From positions 96,001 to 160,000 of the forward strand of contig JAVRCV020000036.1 in NCBI GenBank assembly GCA_034530615.2: a stretch of 64,000 nt of DNA, written 5' to 3'. Under the pieces are notes generated by a model, which did not search any database, was not told the DNA's origin, and was given only the letters and a program-made list of their open reading frames with translations. Position 1 is the stretch's first letter. Each line of letters begins with the position of its first letter. This DNA comes from Aulosira sp. ZfuVER01 (lineage in GTDB: Bacteria; Cyanobacteriota; Cyanobacteriia; Cyanobacteriales; Nostocaceae). Shown piece by piece: positions 30,384-40,602 of this stretch. The position numbers were made by a program, and so were the translations under genes.

Positions 30384-31793
30384 TTAAACTGGGCGATCGC
30401 GTACTATTGGTAAATTGACTGTAAAAGTCGAACCTTCATTGAGCTTACTTCTCAAAGAAATAAAACCGCCGGAACGCCAAAGTAACTGCTGTACAACTGT
30501 TAACCCCAACCCCGGCCCGCTAGATTCATCAGTTGCACCAGAACGCACGCGATAAAAGCTGTCAAAGATTTTGGTAATTTCGGTTTCGGCTATACCGATA
30601 CCTGTATCGCGGACTTCTAGTTGCACATAATCATTATGTACGCGCGATCGCACCCAAACTTGTCCGCCACTGGGTGTAAATTTGATACTGTTATGCAGCA
30701 GATTAATCACAATCAGTCTCAACCCGCCACTGACACACCACACAGATGGCAGTTCTGTGGGGACTGTGTAGGCGAGCATAATTCCTTTTTCCTGGGCTAC
30801 AGGCTGGTAGGTACTAACTATTCCTGGCACAACATCCGCCAAGCATACAGATTCTAAAGGCGAATCTTGTAAATTGCGATCTAGATGCACCAAATCTAAT
30901 AAACCAGAAATTAGAGAATTCTGGCGATCGCACTGGATATTTAACATTTGTAAATAACGTTGCCGTTGGGGCGGTTTCAAGGTAGGGGAATTTAACAGCG
31001 ACAGCGCTGTTTTCATGTGGGTGAGAGGTGTACGCAACTCCTGACACGCATTGCTCAAGTAGTCGTCTTTAATTTGTGCTTTTTTGTAGAGTTTTTGATT
31101 TTGCTGCTGCAACTTGGCGATGCGTTTTGTCATCAATTGATGATTAATTTCATCTTGTCGCTTGACTTGTTTGACTAACAGCTGATTCATAAGTGCTGAG
31201 TCTGGCACGCTGGGGCAAAGAAAATCAGCTTGGAGTATCGAGGCTGATTCTGGCGTTCTTACTTGTTTAATGCCATCTAGCACTCGCTGAATTACTCTGC
31301 CTTCTACAGTAGTCATTGCCAGTAAAGGCACTGTTTTTCGAGAATTTCCCTTCTTTAAAATGTTGGTTTTACGTCTTTTAGGCGGTCGATGAGCCAAAAT
31401 GAGACTGCAAAACTGTGGTGACAAGACTATAAAAAAATATTCTCTTTGCAGATATTTATTTGGTAATAAATTAATAACTAAGTCATCGAGAGATTGACTC
31501 TGATATTTACTTTCTATCGTTTCTCCTTTTCGTCTCTCATCAATTTGACAGTTATAAATGACAGCCGAAATATCCACTGCGGATTGATAGCGCCATAATT
31601 CTGACTGCCAAATTTTTCCTGGCGGTAGCTTTACCCATAAGGTTGCAGCAATTTTCTGCTCAATCAGTAAGTCAATTTGTGACCTAAGTAGTGATAGCAG
31701 AGTAGCAGGATTGAGGGGTAATGCTTGGGGAGGCGCTTGCATTGCCAAAGCTAACTGATAAATTGACAGATCCTGAGCCAGAGAATCATTCAT
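30384..31793 (-). CDS. Histidine-kinase-like protein with a DICT-like N-terminus; H-box His replaced by Gln
   Basis: CQELRTPL, N-box NLLHNSIKFT, G1 DTGIGI, G2 GPGLGL. Confidence 0.85.
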   Translation of the reverse strand: MNDSLAQDLSIYQLALAMQAPPQALPLNPATLLSLLRSQIDLLIEQKIAATLWVKLPPGKIWQSELWRYQSAVDISAVIYNCQIDERRKGETIESKYQSQSLDDLVINLLPNKYLQREYFFIVLSPQFCSLILAHRPPKRRKTNILKKGNSRKTVPLLAMTTVEGRVIQRVLDGIKQVRTPESASILQADFLCPSVPDSALMNQLLVKQVKRQDEINHQLMTKRIAKLQQQNQKLYKKAQIKDDYLSNACQELRTPLTHMKTALSLLNSPTLKPPQRQRYLQMLNIQCDRQNSLISGLLDLVHLDRNLQDSPLESVCLADVVPGIVSTYQPVAQEKGIMLAYTVPTELPSVWCVSGGLRLIVINLLHNSIKFTPSGGQVWVRSRVHNDYVQLEVRDTGIGIAETEITKIFDSFYRVRSGATDESSGPGLGLTVVQQLLWRSGGFISLRSKLNEGSTFTVNLPIVRDRPV

Positions 31794-32112
31794 GAGTCAA
31801 GCACAAGCAGGAGGGATAGAGATAGAGAAGGATAAAGTAAAAAATAATTCTGTTTTTGCTTTTCACCCTGATGTTTACCTTAGTTACCAGAAAGCTAAGA
31901 AAATTAATATTAATTATGAATTCTGGATTATGAATTATAAAACTAATGGAGTGTAGCATTTACCATATAATGGCGCAAGCATATCGGAAATAAGTTGAGA
32001 ATTGAAAATTTATTATTGGTATTTATATTTATCGTAAAACTCTCCTGTACCTTATTGTTTCAGTAATAGGGACACTAAAAATAGCGTCCCTAACAACAAA
32101 TGGAATTCTTAA

Positions 32113-33615
32113 TTAATTTTGAATCTTCAGTCTTTCTTGTAAAGCTGCTCGTGCGTGTTCTCGGTCATCAAAGTGGATTTTTTCAGTGCCGAGAATTTGG
32201 TAATCTTCGTGACCTTTACCAGCAAGTAACACTCCATCTCCAGGTTGGGCTTGTAAAATCGCCGTGCGAATAGCGGAAGCGCGATCGCCAATAACTGTCG
32301 GATTGATTGTTTCAGGAATTCCTGCCAAAATATCTTGTAAAATCCTTTCAGGGTCTTCAGTGCGGGGATTATCTGAAGTCACTACTGCCACATCAGCTAA
32401 TTCTGCACCAATTTTCCCCATTTTCGGTCGCTTAGTGCGATCGCGATCGCCACCACAACCAAACACACAAATCATCTTACCAGGAATAAACGGACGAGCA
32501 GCTTTGAGTAAATTCTCTAAACTGTCTGGTGTGTGTGCATAATCTACAATTACGCTGATATCTTGATTGGGAATTACCTGCACTCGTTCCATACGTCCGG
32601 GAACGCCAGGAAATTCAGGGATAGCAGCTGCAACTAACTGCAAATCTAGACCCAAGTGTAATACTGCGCCAACAGCTGCCAAAAGATTTTCTAAATTGTA
32701 TTGACCAACTAAAGGCGAACGAAAAGCTACATTACCCTTGGGTGTATGCAATGTCCCACTCACACCATTAGGTTCGTAACTCAAATCGCTCATCCAAAAA
32801 TCAGCGTTGGCATCGTTAACACTGTAACTCCACACTTTTTCTGGATTCAACGCAGCAATTAATCGTTGACCGTAAGCGTCATCAGCATTAATTATCGCCC
32901 GTCCTTTGAGATAATCTGGACTAAACAACAATGCTTTCGCCGCAAAATAATCTTCCATATCGCGGTGAAAATCTAGGTGGTCTTGGGTGAGATTGCTAAA
33001 CACCCCCACCTCAAACTCACAACCCAACACGCGACCTTGAGCTAAAGCATGGGAACTCACTTCCATCACCCCATACTCACAACCAGCATCTACAGATTGT
33101 GCTAGTTGTTGTTGCAGTTCCACAGCAAACGGTGTAGTGTGGACAGCAGTTTCGGCAAAACCAGGCCAGCGAGTGTAGAGAGTCCCCATCAAAGCTGTCG
33201 GTAAATTTGCCTTTGCCAACAGAAATTCAATCAAGTGTGTAGTTGTGGTTTTACCATTAGTACCCGTAACACCCACCAGTTTAAGTTTTTGGCTAGGATA
33301 ACCGTAAAAAGCACCTGCTAATTGGGCACAGGCTTTAGTCATATCATCAGCGCTAACTACAAAAGCCTCCGTTGTGGGAGGATTTTTCTGCACAGCTTGG
33401 GGAGATACAACCGCCGCTACCGCACCCGATGCGATCGCACTTTGCCAAAATTCTCCCCCATCTACCCTTGTTCCTGGCATCCCAATAAACAAATCTCCCA
33501 CACCGCAAGCATGGGAATTTGTCTTCAAACCCTGCACTTCTGCATCCTCTAAAGCAGGATGGTTAGGTAATTGCTCTACACTGTCTATCGCTGCTAGTAA
33601 TTCCCGCAGTTTCAT
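32113..33615 (-). CDS. murE: UDP-N-acetylmuramoyl-L-alanyl-D-glutamate--2,6-diaminopimelate ligase
   Basis: GVTGTNGKTT, MEVSSH, NLTQDHLDFH, DYAHTPD, DNPR and AGKGHEDYQ. Confidence 0.97.
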   Translation of the reverse strand: MKLRELLAAIDSVEQLPNHPALEDAEVQGLKTNSHACGVGDLFIGMPGTRVDGGEFWQSAIASGAVAAVVSPQAVQKNPPTTEAFVVSADDMTKACAQLAGAFYGYPSQKLKLVGVTGTNGKTTTTHLIEFLLAKANLPTALMGTLYTRWPGFAETAVHTTPFAVELQQQLAQSVDAGCEYGVMEVSSHALAQGRVLGCEFEVGVFSNLTQDHLDFHRDMEDYFAAKALLFSPDYLKGRAIINADDAYGQRLIAALNPEKVWSYSVNDANADFWMSDLSYEPNGVSGTLHTPKGNVAFRSPLVGQYNLENLLAAVGAVLHLGLDLQLVAAAIPEFPGVPGRMERVQVIPNQDISVIVDYAHTPDSLENLLKAARPFIPGKMICVFGCGGDRDRTKRPKMGKIGAELADVAVVTSDNPRTEDPERILQDILAGIPETINPTVIGDRASAIRTAILQAQPGDGVLLAGKGHEDYQILGTEKIHFDDREHARAALQERLKIQN

Positions 33616-33647
33616 CTTGTGAACCTCGTCACACGCTTTTCTTGCGC

Positions 33648-33932
33648 TTATTCTGCATTATTTTCATCATTGGATAAATACTTACGCAGCATTTGCTCCA
33701 ACTGCTGCACACTAGCACGAGGCGAAGGACGTGGCAAAGGTTTCTCATGAGTATCTGCTTGATTCGATAAATATAAAACTGGCACCTCATATTGATACGC
33801 CAAAAACCAATCCTCACGAGTGGTAATATCCCGAATTTCCAACTCAAACGCCAGATTTTGGATTTTTTCTAGCTTTTCCTGTAAACCCTCACATAAATGA
33901 CATCCAGGTTTGCTGTATAAAATTAATCGCAT
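33648..33932 (-). CDS. Glutaredoxin-like protein (DUF836)
   Basis: LYSKPGCHLC and YQYEVPVL. Confidence 0.85.
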   Translation of the reverse strand: MRLILYSKPGCHLCEGLQEKLEKIQNLAFELEIRDITTREDWFLAYQYEVPVLYLSNQADTHEKPLPRPSPRASVQQLEQMLRKYLSNDENNAE

Positions 33933-34414
33933 TTGCTGCTATCCTTGCCGCAACTCCCATTTCTACAAGCGATCATAGGCTGAAACTGGATAGGGATGTC
34001 TTCTGTCTGCCCTCTGCCTTTCTTGATAAAGATTTTGAAACAGCTGCTTGGTAACTATTGACGTGAGCGATCGCCTAATTATTGGGTTTTGATAACATAA
34101 GCGATACATTAGGCAATCATTTAACATCCTGATAGATTGTTAATAACCTGATACTAATTACTTATTTTCATAATTAGTCACTCTACCACCGTGCGATCGC
34201 TTCAAAATCGCAACGCTTGCAGGTCTAGCATATCCAACCAAAATGACGATAGATTTTTTACCAATAACCTTTGAGCATACTGCCTATAAATTTTTGTAAT
34301 ATACGAAAGTAACTAAGCATACAATCTCAATTAACATAATTAGCAGGCCGTACCAGTCATACACGTTTTTAGCATCTACCTTTTTATACATTTAAGAAGG
34401 GTAATCAATACTAG

Positions 34415-36661
34415 ATGGAATTTACTGAGTACTCACATGATTTAAAAACAAGAATTGCCGAAGAAAGTTTGCTACATCGAATAACAACCCAAATTAGGCA
34501 ATCACTCGAACTCAAAGAGATATTAACGACCACTGTTGCAGAAATTCGTGCATTTTTGGACACAGATCGGGTAATGCTGTATCAGTTTGACAGCGACGGC
34601 AGTGGAGAAGTCGTGGCAGAATCTATACATCAACAGCGTCTACCATCGCTGTTAGGGCTGCACTTTCCGGCAAGTGATATTCCTCAAGAAGCGCGAGATA
34701 TGTTTTTGCGGGCGCGTCAGCGTTCAATTGTCAATGTAGCCAGTGGGCGGATCGGACTATCGCCATTAGACAGTCCAGAAACAGGTAAATCTTTAAGTAG
34801 TGAAAATCTCTACTACCGCGCAGTAGACTCATGCCACATTCAATACCTAACGGCAATGGGTGTGCAGTCTTCGTTAGTAGTGCCAATTTTACACCACGAC
34901 CCAAAAGAGCAATCAGCAAAACCTAGACTGTGGGGATTGTTAGTATCGCACCACAGTACACCGCGCACAGTTGAGAAACAAGAACTGCAATTAGTACAGC
35001 AAGTAGCAGATCAAATCTCAGTTGCGATCGCCCAAAGTTACCTACTTAGCCAAGCCCGTGCAGAGCAACAGCGAGAAGCGATCGTTAATCGTGTTACCAC
35101 CCTGTTACACGCCTTACCCACCATCCAATTGCAAACAGCACTAGAAGCAACTATTGCCGCCTTTGATGGTATTGGCGGTAGACTTTACATTGAACAGAGT
35201 GCAGAATTATACACTTGGGGCGAACAACCAACACTGCCAGAGCAACTAGCAAACAGTGTCATGGAGCAGCATCCTCTATGGCAAGACTGGATGGTTGAGT
35301 GTAAAACAGGTAACATCTGGGCAATTACCGATCTCTACAAAGAACCTCATTGGCAAGAACTGGCTCCCCTATTCCAGCCAACTAAAATTCGCGGTATGTT
35401 GATAATTCCTCTCAATTACCGTCAAACTTTTATCGGTGTTTTAAGTATTTTTCGCGCTGAATTTGATAGCGAAATCTTGTGGGCAGGACAACGCGATACA
35501 AATGAGCAACAAAAGCTACCCCAGCTTTCATTTGCGGCTTGGCTAGAGCAAAAAAAGGGTCAAGCGCCTGGGTGGAAACCTGAAGAAATCTCTATTGGGC
35601 GAGCCATAGCAGATCAATTTGCGATCGCAATTCAGCAACAGCAGATGTACCAAGAGCTGCGAGCGCTGAATGCTAATTTAGAACGTTTAGTTGAAGAGCG
35701 CACAGCCCAATTACAACAATCTTTAGATCTGACTAGAGTAGTTAAGCAAATTTCCGACCAAATACGTAGCAATCTAGACTATAAGCTCACCTTGCAAACT
35801 CTCGTGCAGGAAGTGCGAAAGTTGCTCAAAACTGATCGGGTATTGATTTACAAAATTCTCGATGAGTTAGAAGGTGAAGTAGTAGTTGAAGATGTTGGCA
35901 GTAACTTGCGTTCTATTTTGGGGATGAAAACGCCATTAGAATGCTTTCCCGAAGAATCTGCCCGTCTGTACTTGCGGGGAAGAGTGCGGGCAATTAACAA
36001 TACAGCCTCAGCAGATTTAACTCCCTGCCATCGAGAGTTTTTGCATAGTCTTCAGATCAGAGCAAATTTAATTGTACCAATCAAGATGGGTACGCAATTA
36101 TGGGGGTTAATTATTGCCCATGAGTGCTTTGCTCCCAGAAATTGGCATGATGCAGAAATGGATTTGTTGCAGTATGTAGCAGATGAGGCCGTTCTGGCCA
36201 TTCAGCACGCACAACTCTACGAAAATAGCCTTGCTGCCGAATCTGCTGCAACAGCGCAAGCTGAACAGTTAGCCCAAGCTTTGGAACAAATCAAAAATAC
36301 ACAGGCACAACTGATCAAAAGTGAAAAAATGTCCAGCTTAGGACTATGGGCATTAGGTGTAGCACACGAAATCAAAAGCCCTGTTAACTTTATTTCCACC
36401 AATCTATCGGATATCAACTATTGCACCCAACAACTGCTAGAACTGTTGCGCCTTTATCAGTTGCACTATCCTCACCCTAACGGTGAAATTAGCTATCACA
36501 CACAAGTGCTCAATTTGGATTTTCTCATCAACAAGTTACCTAAAATCTTGCTAACAATGAAACTACAAGCTGAACGCATCAACTCAATGATGTTATCGTT
36601 ACGCAATTTTTCTCAAGAGGATACGACAGCAATGAAATCGGCTGAAGAGCATAGGGGATAG
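34415..36661 (+). CDS. Knotless phytochrome (GAF-PHY) + cyanobacteriochrome GAF + HisKA, lacking HATPase (All2699/AphC-like)
   Basis: GAF1 HFPASDIP..CHIQYL, tongue WAG..PQLSF..W, GAF3 ECF..PCH, H-box AHEIKSP. The protein ends shortly after LRNFS. Confidence 0.85.
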   Translation: MEFTEYSHDLKTRIAEESLLHRITTQIRQSLELKEILTTTVAEIRAFLDTDRVMLYQFDSDGSGEVVAESIHQQRLPSLLGLHFPASDIPQEARDMFLRARQRSIVNVASGRIGLSPLDSPETGKSLSSENLYYRAVDSCHIQYLTAMGVQSSLVVPILHHDPKEQSAKPRLWGLLVSHHSTPRTVEKQELQLVQQVADQISVAIAQSYLLSQARAEQQREAIVNRVTTLLHALPTIQLQTALEATIAAFDGIGGRLYIEQSAELYTWGEQPTLPEQLANSVMEQHPLWQDWMVECKTGNIWAITDLYKEPHWQELAPLFQPTKIRGMLIIPLNYRQTFIGVLSIFRAEFDSEILWAGQRDTNEQQKLPQLSFAAWLEQKKGQAPGWKPEEISIGRAIADQFAIAIQQQQMYQELRALNANLERLVEERTAQLQQSLDLTRVVKQISDQIRSNLDYKLTLQTLVQEVRKLLKTDRVLIYKILDELEGEVVVEDVGSNLRSILGMKTPLECFPEESARLYLRGRVRAINNTASADLTPCHREFLHSLQIRANLIVPIKMGTQLWGLIIAHECFAPRNWHDAEMDLLQYVADEAVLAIQHAQLYENSLAAESAATAQAEQLAQALEQIKNTQAQLIKSEKMSSLGLWALGVAHEIKSPVNFISTNLSDINYCTQQLLELLRLYQLHYPHPNGEISYHTQVLNLDFLINKLPKILLTMKLQAERINSMMLSLRNFSQEDTTAMKSAEEHRG

Positions 36662-36867
36662 GGCATTGGGCATTGGGCATTGGGCAAACAAGGAGTGTGG
36701 GAGGATGGGGAAGACGGGGGGAGCTAATAAAGAAAGTGTGGTTCGTTTCTCCCCTCTCTCCCCACACTCCCCCATCCTCCTTGTCCCCCTTTTCCCGTGT
36801 CTACCTCAACAGATAATTTTCCTTCACACAACTGTAAGCGATCGCTAAACACCTTAATTGCACAATG

Positions 36868-36898
36868 TAAAAGCCCCTCTCAAATCAAGAGGGGCTTT
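36868..36898. terminator. Intrinsic terminator, probably bidirectional
   Basis: AAAGCCCCTCT-CAAATCA-AGAGGGGCTTT. Confidence 0.75.
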
Positions 36899-36933
36899 GT
36901 AAAGTTTATTTGCTAAAAATTGCTGTTAATTTC

Positions 36934-37038
36934 TTAAAACACGCTCATGATGGTGATGATGCTAGCGCTTGTCAACATTATGAGAGCGCCCATAAATATA
37001 GATACACCTAAGGTGCCTGAAGCTTTTGAATCGTTCAT
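36934..37038 (-). CDS. Putative 34-aa single-TM small protein
   Basis: MNDSKASGTLGVSIFMGALIMLTSASIITIMSVF*, SD-like AGGGA upstream, terminator 35 bp downstream. Confidence 0.6.
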   Translation of the reverse strand: MNDSKASGTLGVSIFMGALIMLTSASIITIMSVF

Positions 37039-37264
37039 TTTATAGAATCCCTGTTAAGTTAAGGATTCATTAAGAATATCAATATTGGTATTTTATATCC
37101 ATAAATATACGGAAAAAATTAAAATTCCGTAATCTTTCTTAGTAAATGCTGTGGCATTTACTTAAAAATTAGCTGGCTTAACTAGCTAAATTCTGAAAAA
37201 TATTAATAGTTGTTAACTATTTCTCTCAGGTTTTGATCGCATCAACGATATATATACGTATCTA

Positions 37265-37280
37265 TGTATTAATCGCTACA
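37265..37280. promoter_or_regulatory. Candidate NtcA site
   Basis: TGTA-TTAATCGC-TACA between the small ORF and cysH. No canonical -10 at the usual spacing. Confidence 0.4.
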
Positions 37281-37396
37281 ATAAATAATTTTTACAAATC
37301 CCTCATTCTCTAGCGATTTATGTGCCTTTGTATGTACCTGTTTGGGGTAAAATAAATTTCGTTGAAGTTCAAGAACCATTTAGCTAAAAGATTATC

Positions 37397-38122
37397 ATGA
37401 CAGTTTCCACGGTCTCTCCAAACCCAACAAGCGATTTTGATTTAGAACAGTTAAATCAACAATTTGAAACTGCTACTCCTAAAGAGATACTGGCCTGGTC
37501 TATAGAAAATATCCCCACGGGACTGGTGCAAACCAGCGCCTTTAACGTGGATGACATGATAATTACCCATATTCTTTATACTGAACTGAAGCATCCAGCC
37601 CCAGTTATATTTCTCGATACCTTATTCCACTTCCCTCAAACTTTAGAACTAGTTGCTAAAGCAAAAGAAATCTATAACCTAGATTTGAAAACCTACAAAG
37701 CTCCAGATGTAGATAGCCGCGAAGCCTTTACCGCCAAATACGGCGAAGCACTTTGGGACAAAGATATTACCCAATTCCACCACGTTACCAAAATTGAACC
37801 GTTGCAACGGGGTTTAGACGAACTCAACACCATCGCTTGGATTACCGGTCGTCGCCGTGACCAAGCTGTTACCCGTGCTAATATGCCTATCTTTGAATTG
37901 GATAGCCAAGGACGCTTGAAAGTTAATCCCTTAGCTAACTGGACACGTGAGAAAAGCTGGGCTTACGTGGCTGAACACGGAGTAATTTACAACCCCTTGC
38001 ATGACCAAGGCTATCCCAGCATTGGCGATGAACCCATCACTACCAAAGTTGGTGAAGGTGAAGACGAACGCGCTGGACGCTGGCGGGGAACTGGCAAAAC
38101 TGAGTGCGGAATTCATATTTAA
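37397..38122 (+). CDS. cysH: PAPS/APS reductase
   Basis: FLDTLFHF, GRRRDQ, GYPSIG, RAGRW and C-terminal ECGIH. No CC iron-sulfur motif, so PAPS type. Confidence 0.95.
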   Translation: MTVSTVSPNPTSDFDLEQLNQQFETATPKEILAWSIENIPTGLVQTSAFNVDDMIITHILYTELKHPAPVIFLDTLFHFPQTLELVAKAKEIYNLDLKTYKAPDVDSREAFTAKYGEALWDKDITQFHHVTKIEPLQRGLDELNTIAWITGRRRDQAVTRANMPIFELDSQGRLKVNPLANWTREKSWAYVAEHGVIYNPLHDQGYPSIGDEPITTKVGEGEDERAGRWRGTGKTECGIHI

Positions 38123-38335
38123 TCGAGAGTAGAGAGTAGGAAGGGGGAAATTATTCTTTCCCTCATTCCCGAATCTCTCTCACATCCGCCTCTACAATTA
38201 TTGAAATACTCTCATAACAAAAGGCCTGTCTCTACAGGCTTTGTTTGTTTATTGATACCTGCAAGAATGATCTGCGATCGCTCACAATCATAAAAGTCTA
38301 CTAACTTTGAAAGCTGAGAGCAAGATTTCCGGATA

Positions 38336-38956
38336 ATGTACATTCCAAATCCCTTTCGCGAAGAAGACATTGATAAACTAGTCGCTTTCATGAGTACCAA
38401 TAGTTTTGCTACATTGGTATCGATTCACAATAACGTCCCTGTTGCTTCTCATGTTCCACTCGTTGTCACTGTGCAAGATAACGTTGTGAAGCTTACAGGT
38501 CATCTTGCCAAACAAAATCCCCAGTGGCAAATCTTTGATCAGAGTGAATCCCTTGCTATCTTCACTGGGCCTCATGCCTACATTTCACCATCCTTGTATG
38601 AAAAGCACGAGAGCGTACCGACCTGGAACTATATAGCTGTTCATGCTTATGGTATACCTCAAATCATCACTCTGGAGGACTCACCAGAACTGATGGATAA
38701 GATGATAGATGAAATGATTGCTACATATAGTTCTGATTACAAATCGCAGTGGGATAGCTTATCTGATAACTTTCGTCAGGGAATGATGAACGGTATCGTT
38801 GGTTTTGAGATGACAGCGACACGATTGGAAGGAAAATATAAACTCAGCCAAAACCGCAGTCACACTGACCAATATAATGTTGCCCATGCGTTGCTAAACA
38901 GTACAGATCAAGAGGCTCAAGCTATAGGTACAGCAATGCAACAGAATTTGGACTAA
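38336..38956 (+). CDS. FMN-binding PaiB-family protein
   Basis: MYIP..F, GHLAKQNPQW, GPHAYISPS.Y, VPTWNY and KLSQNR. Confidence 0.9.
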   Translation: MYIPNPFREEDIDKLVAFMSTNSFATLVSIHNNVPVASHVPLVVTVQDNVVKLTGHLAKQNPQWQIFDQSESLAIFTGPHAYISPSLYEKHESVPTWNYIAVHAYGIPQIITLEDSPELMDKMIDEMIATYSSDYKSQWDSLSDNFRQGMMNGIVGFEMTATRLEGKYKLSQNRSHTDQYNVAHALLNSTDQEAQAIGTAMQQNLD

Positions 38957-39017
38957 TGACACCATCTATCTGGGTTTACCCGTGACTTTACCCTTTTGCT
39001 GCAATAGAAATTAACCC

Positions 39018-39938
39018 ATGCCATACTTGACTCATGCCAGAGAAATTCATGCCATTATTGCTAAATATACGCAAGCTCAAACTCTGTGGATAGATACAGA
39101 AGTAGCTGATTATAAAAGTCGTAATCCAAGATTATCGCTGATTCAAGTATTAGATGACCCCTATGATATGAGTGGCGATCGCGTTCACCTTTTGGACGTG
39201 TTAGACCAGCCTGATATCATAGGGGAATTTATTGAAAAAATTATGCTCAATCCTGATATTGAGAAGGTGTTTCATAATGCCAGTTATGATTTAAAACTTC
39301 TTGGGAACAAGCGAGCTAAAAATGTCACGTGTACGTTAGAAATAGCGAAAAATATTCCTTACTATCTTTTACCTTTACCTAATCATCAACTTAAAACTTT
39401 AGCTACAGCACTGTGTAACTTTCATCATATCGATAAACAAGAACAAAGTAGTGATTGGGGAAAGCGACCGCTAACTGAAGAACAAATTGATTATGCTTAC
39501 CTAGATTGTATATATCTTGCGCAAGTGCATTTAAAATTGTTAGAGTTACAATCGCAAATTATTCCCGATCCAACCACAGAAGATTTAGCATTGCTGGGTG
39601 TAAGATATACTCAACTAGAACAGCAAGCTCAAATATTAAATTCCGAATTAGAACATCTGCAAGAGCGTATAAAAAAAGCTATGCAAGCTCAAAATGTATC
39701 AGAAACATCATATTGCAAGCTAACTAGTTACGAGCGCAAAACAGTTAAAGTAGCATTTGCTGAACTAGTAAGACTAGTAGAAACCCAAGGTGTTAATTTA
39801 GATTTTCCCATCACACTGACTCAGAAACTCCAAAAAGATTTAGGTGAAAACCTAGAACAACTGTCTGTAGATATTGATGAGACTACAGCTTGGCGGTTAA
39901 CTCCCAAAACCCCAGAAGATGACATTCGTAATTCGTAA
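39018..39938 (+). CDS. RNase D-like 3'-5' exonuclease with a coiled-coil C-terminus
   Basis: WIDTE, KVFHNASYD, SDWGKRPL and YAYLD (DEDDy). Confidence 0.85.
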   Translation: MPYLTHAREIHAIIAKYTQAQTLWIDTEVADYKSRNPRLSLIQVLDDPYDMSGDRVHLLDVLDQPDIIGEFIEKIMLNPDIEKVFHNASYDLKLLGNKRAKNVTCTLEIAKNIPYYLLPLPNHQLKTLATALCNFHHIDKQEQSSDWGKRPLTEEQIDYAYLDCIYLAQVHLKLLELQSQIIPDPTTEDLALLGVRYTQLEQQAQILNSELEHLQERIKKAMQAQNVSETSYCKLTSYERKTVKVAFAELVRLVETQGVNLDFPITLTQKLQKDLGENLEQLSVDIDETTAWRLTPKTPEDDIRNS

Positions 39939-40602
39939 TTCGTAATTAAGTTATACCAATTTGAAAAAAGAATACAACACATGGGGATTTATACCCTCGC
40001 GGAAACTGGTAAAACTTACGTATCGAGTAAACCTCAGCAAAAAACTTAATATTGATGAAGATTGCGCTAAAAAAATTCAGATATTAATTTAATAAACTTG
40101 AAAAAAGTATAATTAAAGGCGGTAAAAACAGAGTCTTGCTGCCTAGAATATCACCTGTTGAAAGAGAGAAACTCAACATTTCAATCAGGATAGATAACAG
40201 TTTTTATACTTCACTCTAGCCTGCAACAAGCCACTCTCCGTCTCATAGGATGTTGCTGAGATTTATTGTTTACAACAAATTTTAGTGACATCTACGCTCT
40301 TCACATTTTAACCTGACAGACAATCGTTAATTAAACCTAGATAATGACGCATCCCTAAATGATTCATGAAAACTTCTCTATCTTCTCATCCTTGGCGTCC
40401 TTGGCGTCTTGGTGAGTCCACTTGCCGTCTTGACGGTTCCCATCAATATGGCCAAGTGGCGAACCCGTTCGTCGAAGACGTTCCCGAAGGGTAGAGCGGT
40501 TCGTTAAGTACCACAAATCAGCTAGGATTGCTATATAAACTTACAGTCAAATAATTAATCGAAGAAATAATTCTATCTAGGTATAATGACGTTTAAAAAA
40601 AT

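Noticed and set aside
36579..36848. Short ORFs as the missing HATPase domain of the photoreceptor
   Set aside because: They translate STRR repeats (PMPNAQCP) and show no N or G boxes.
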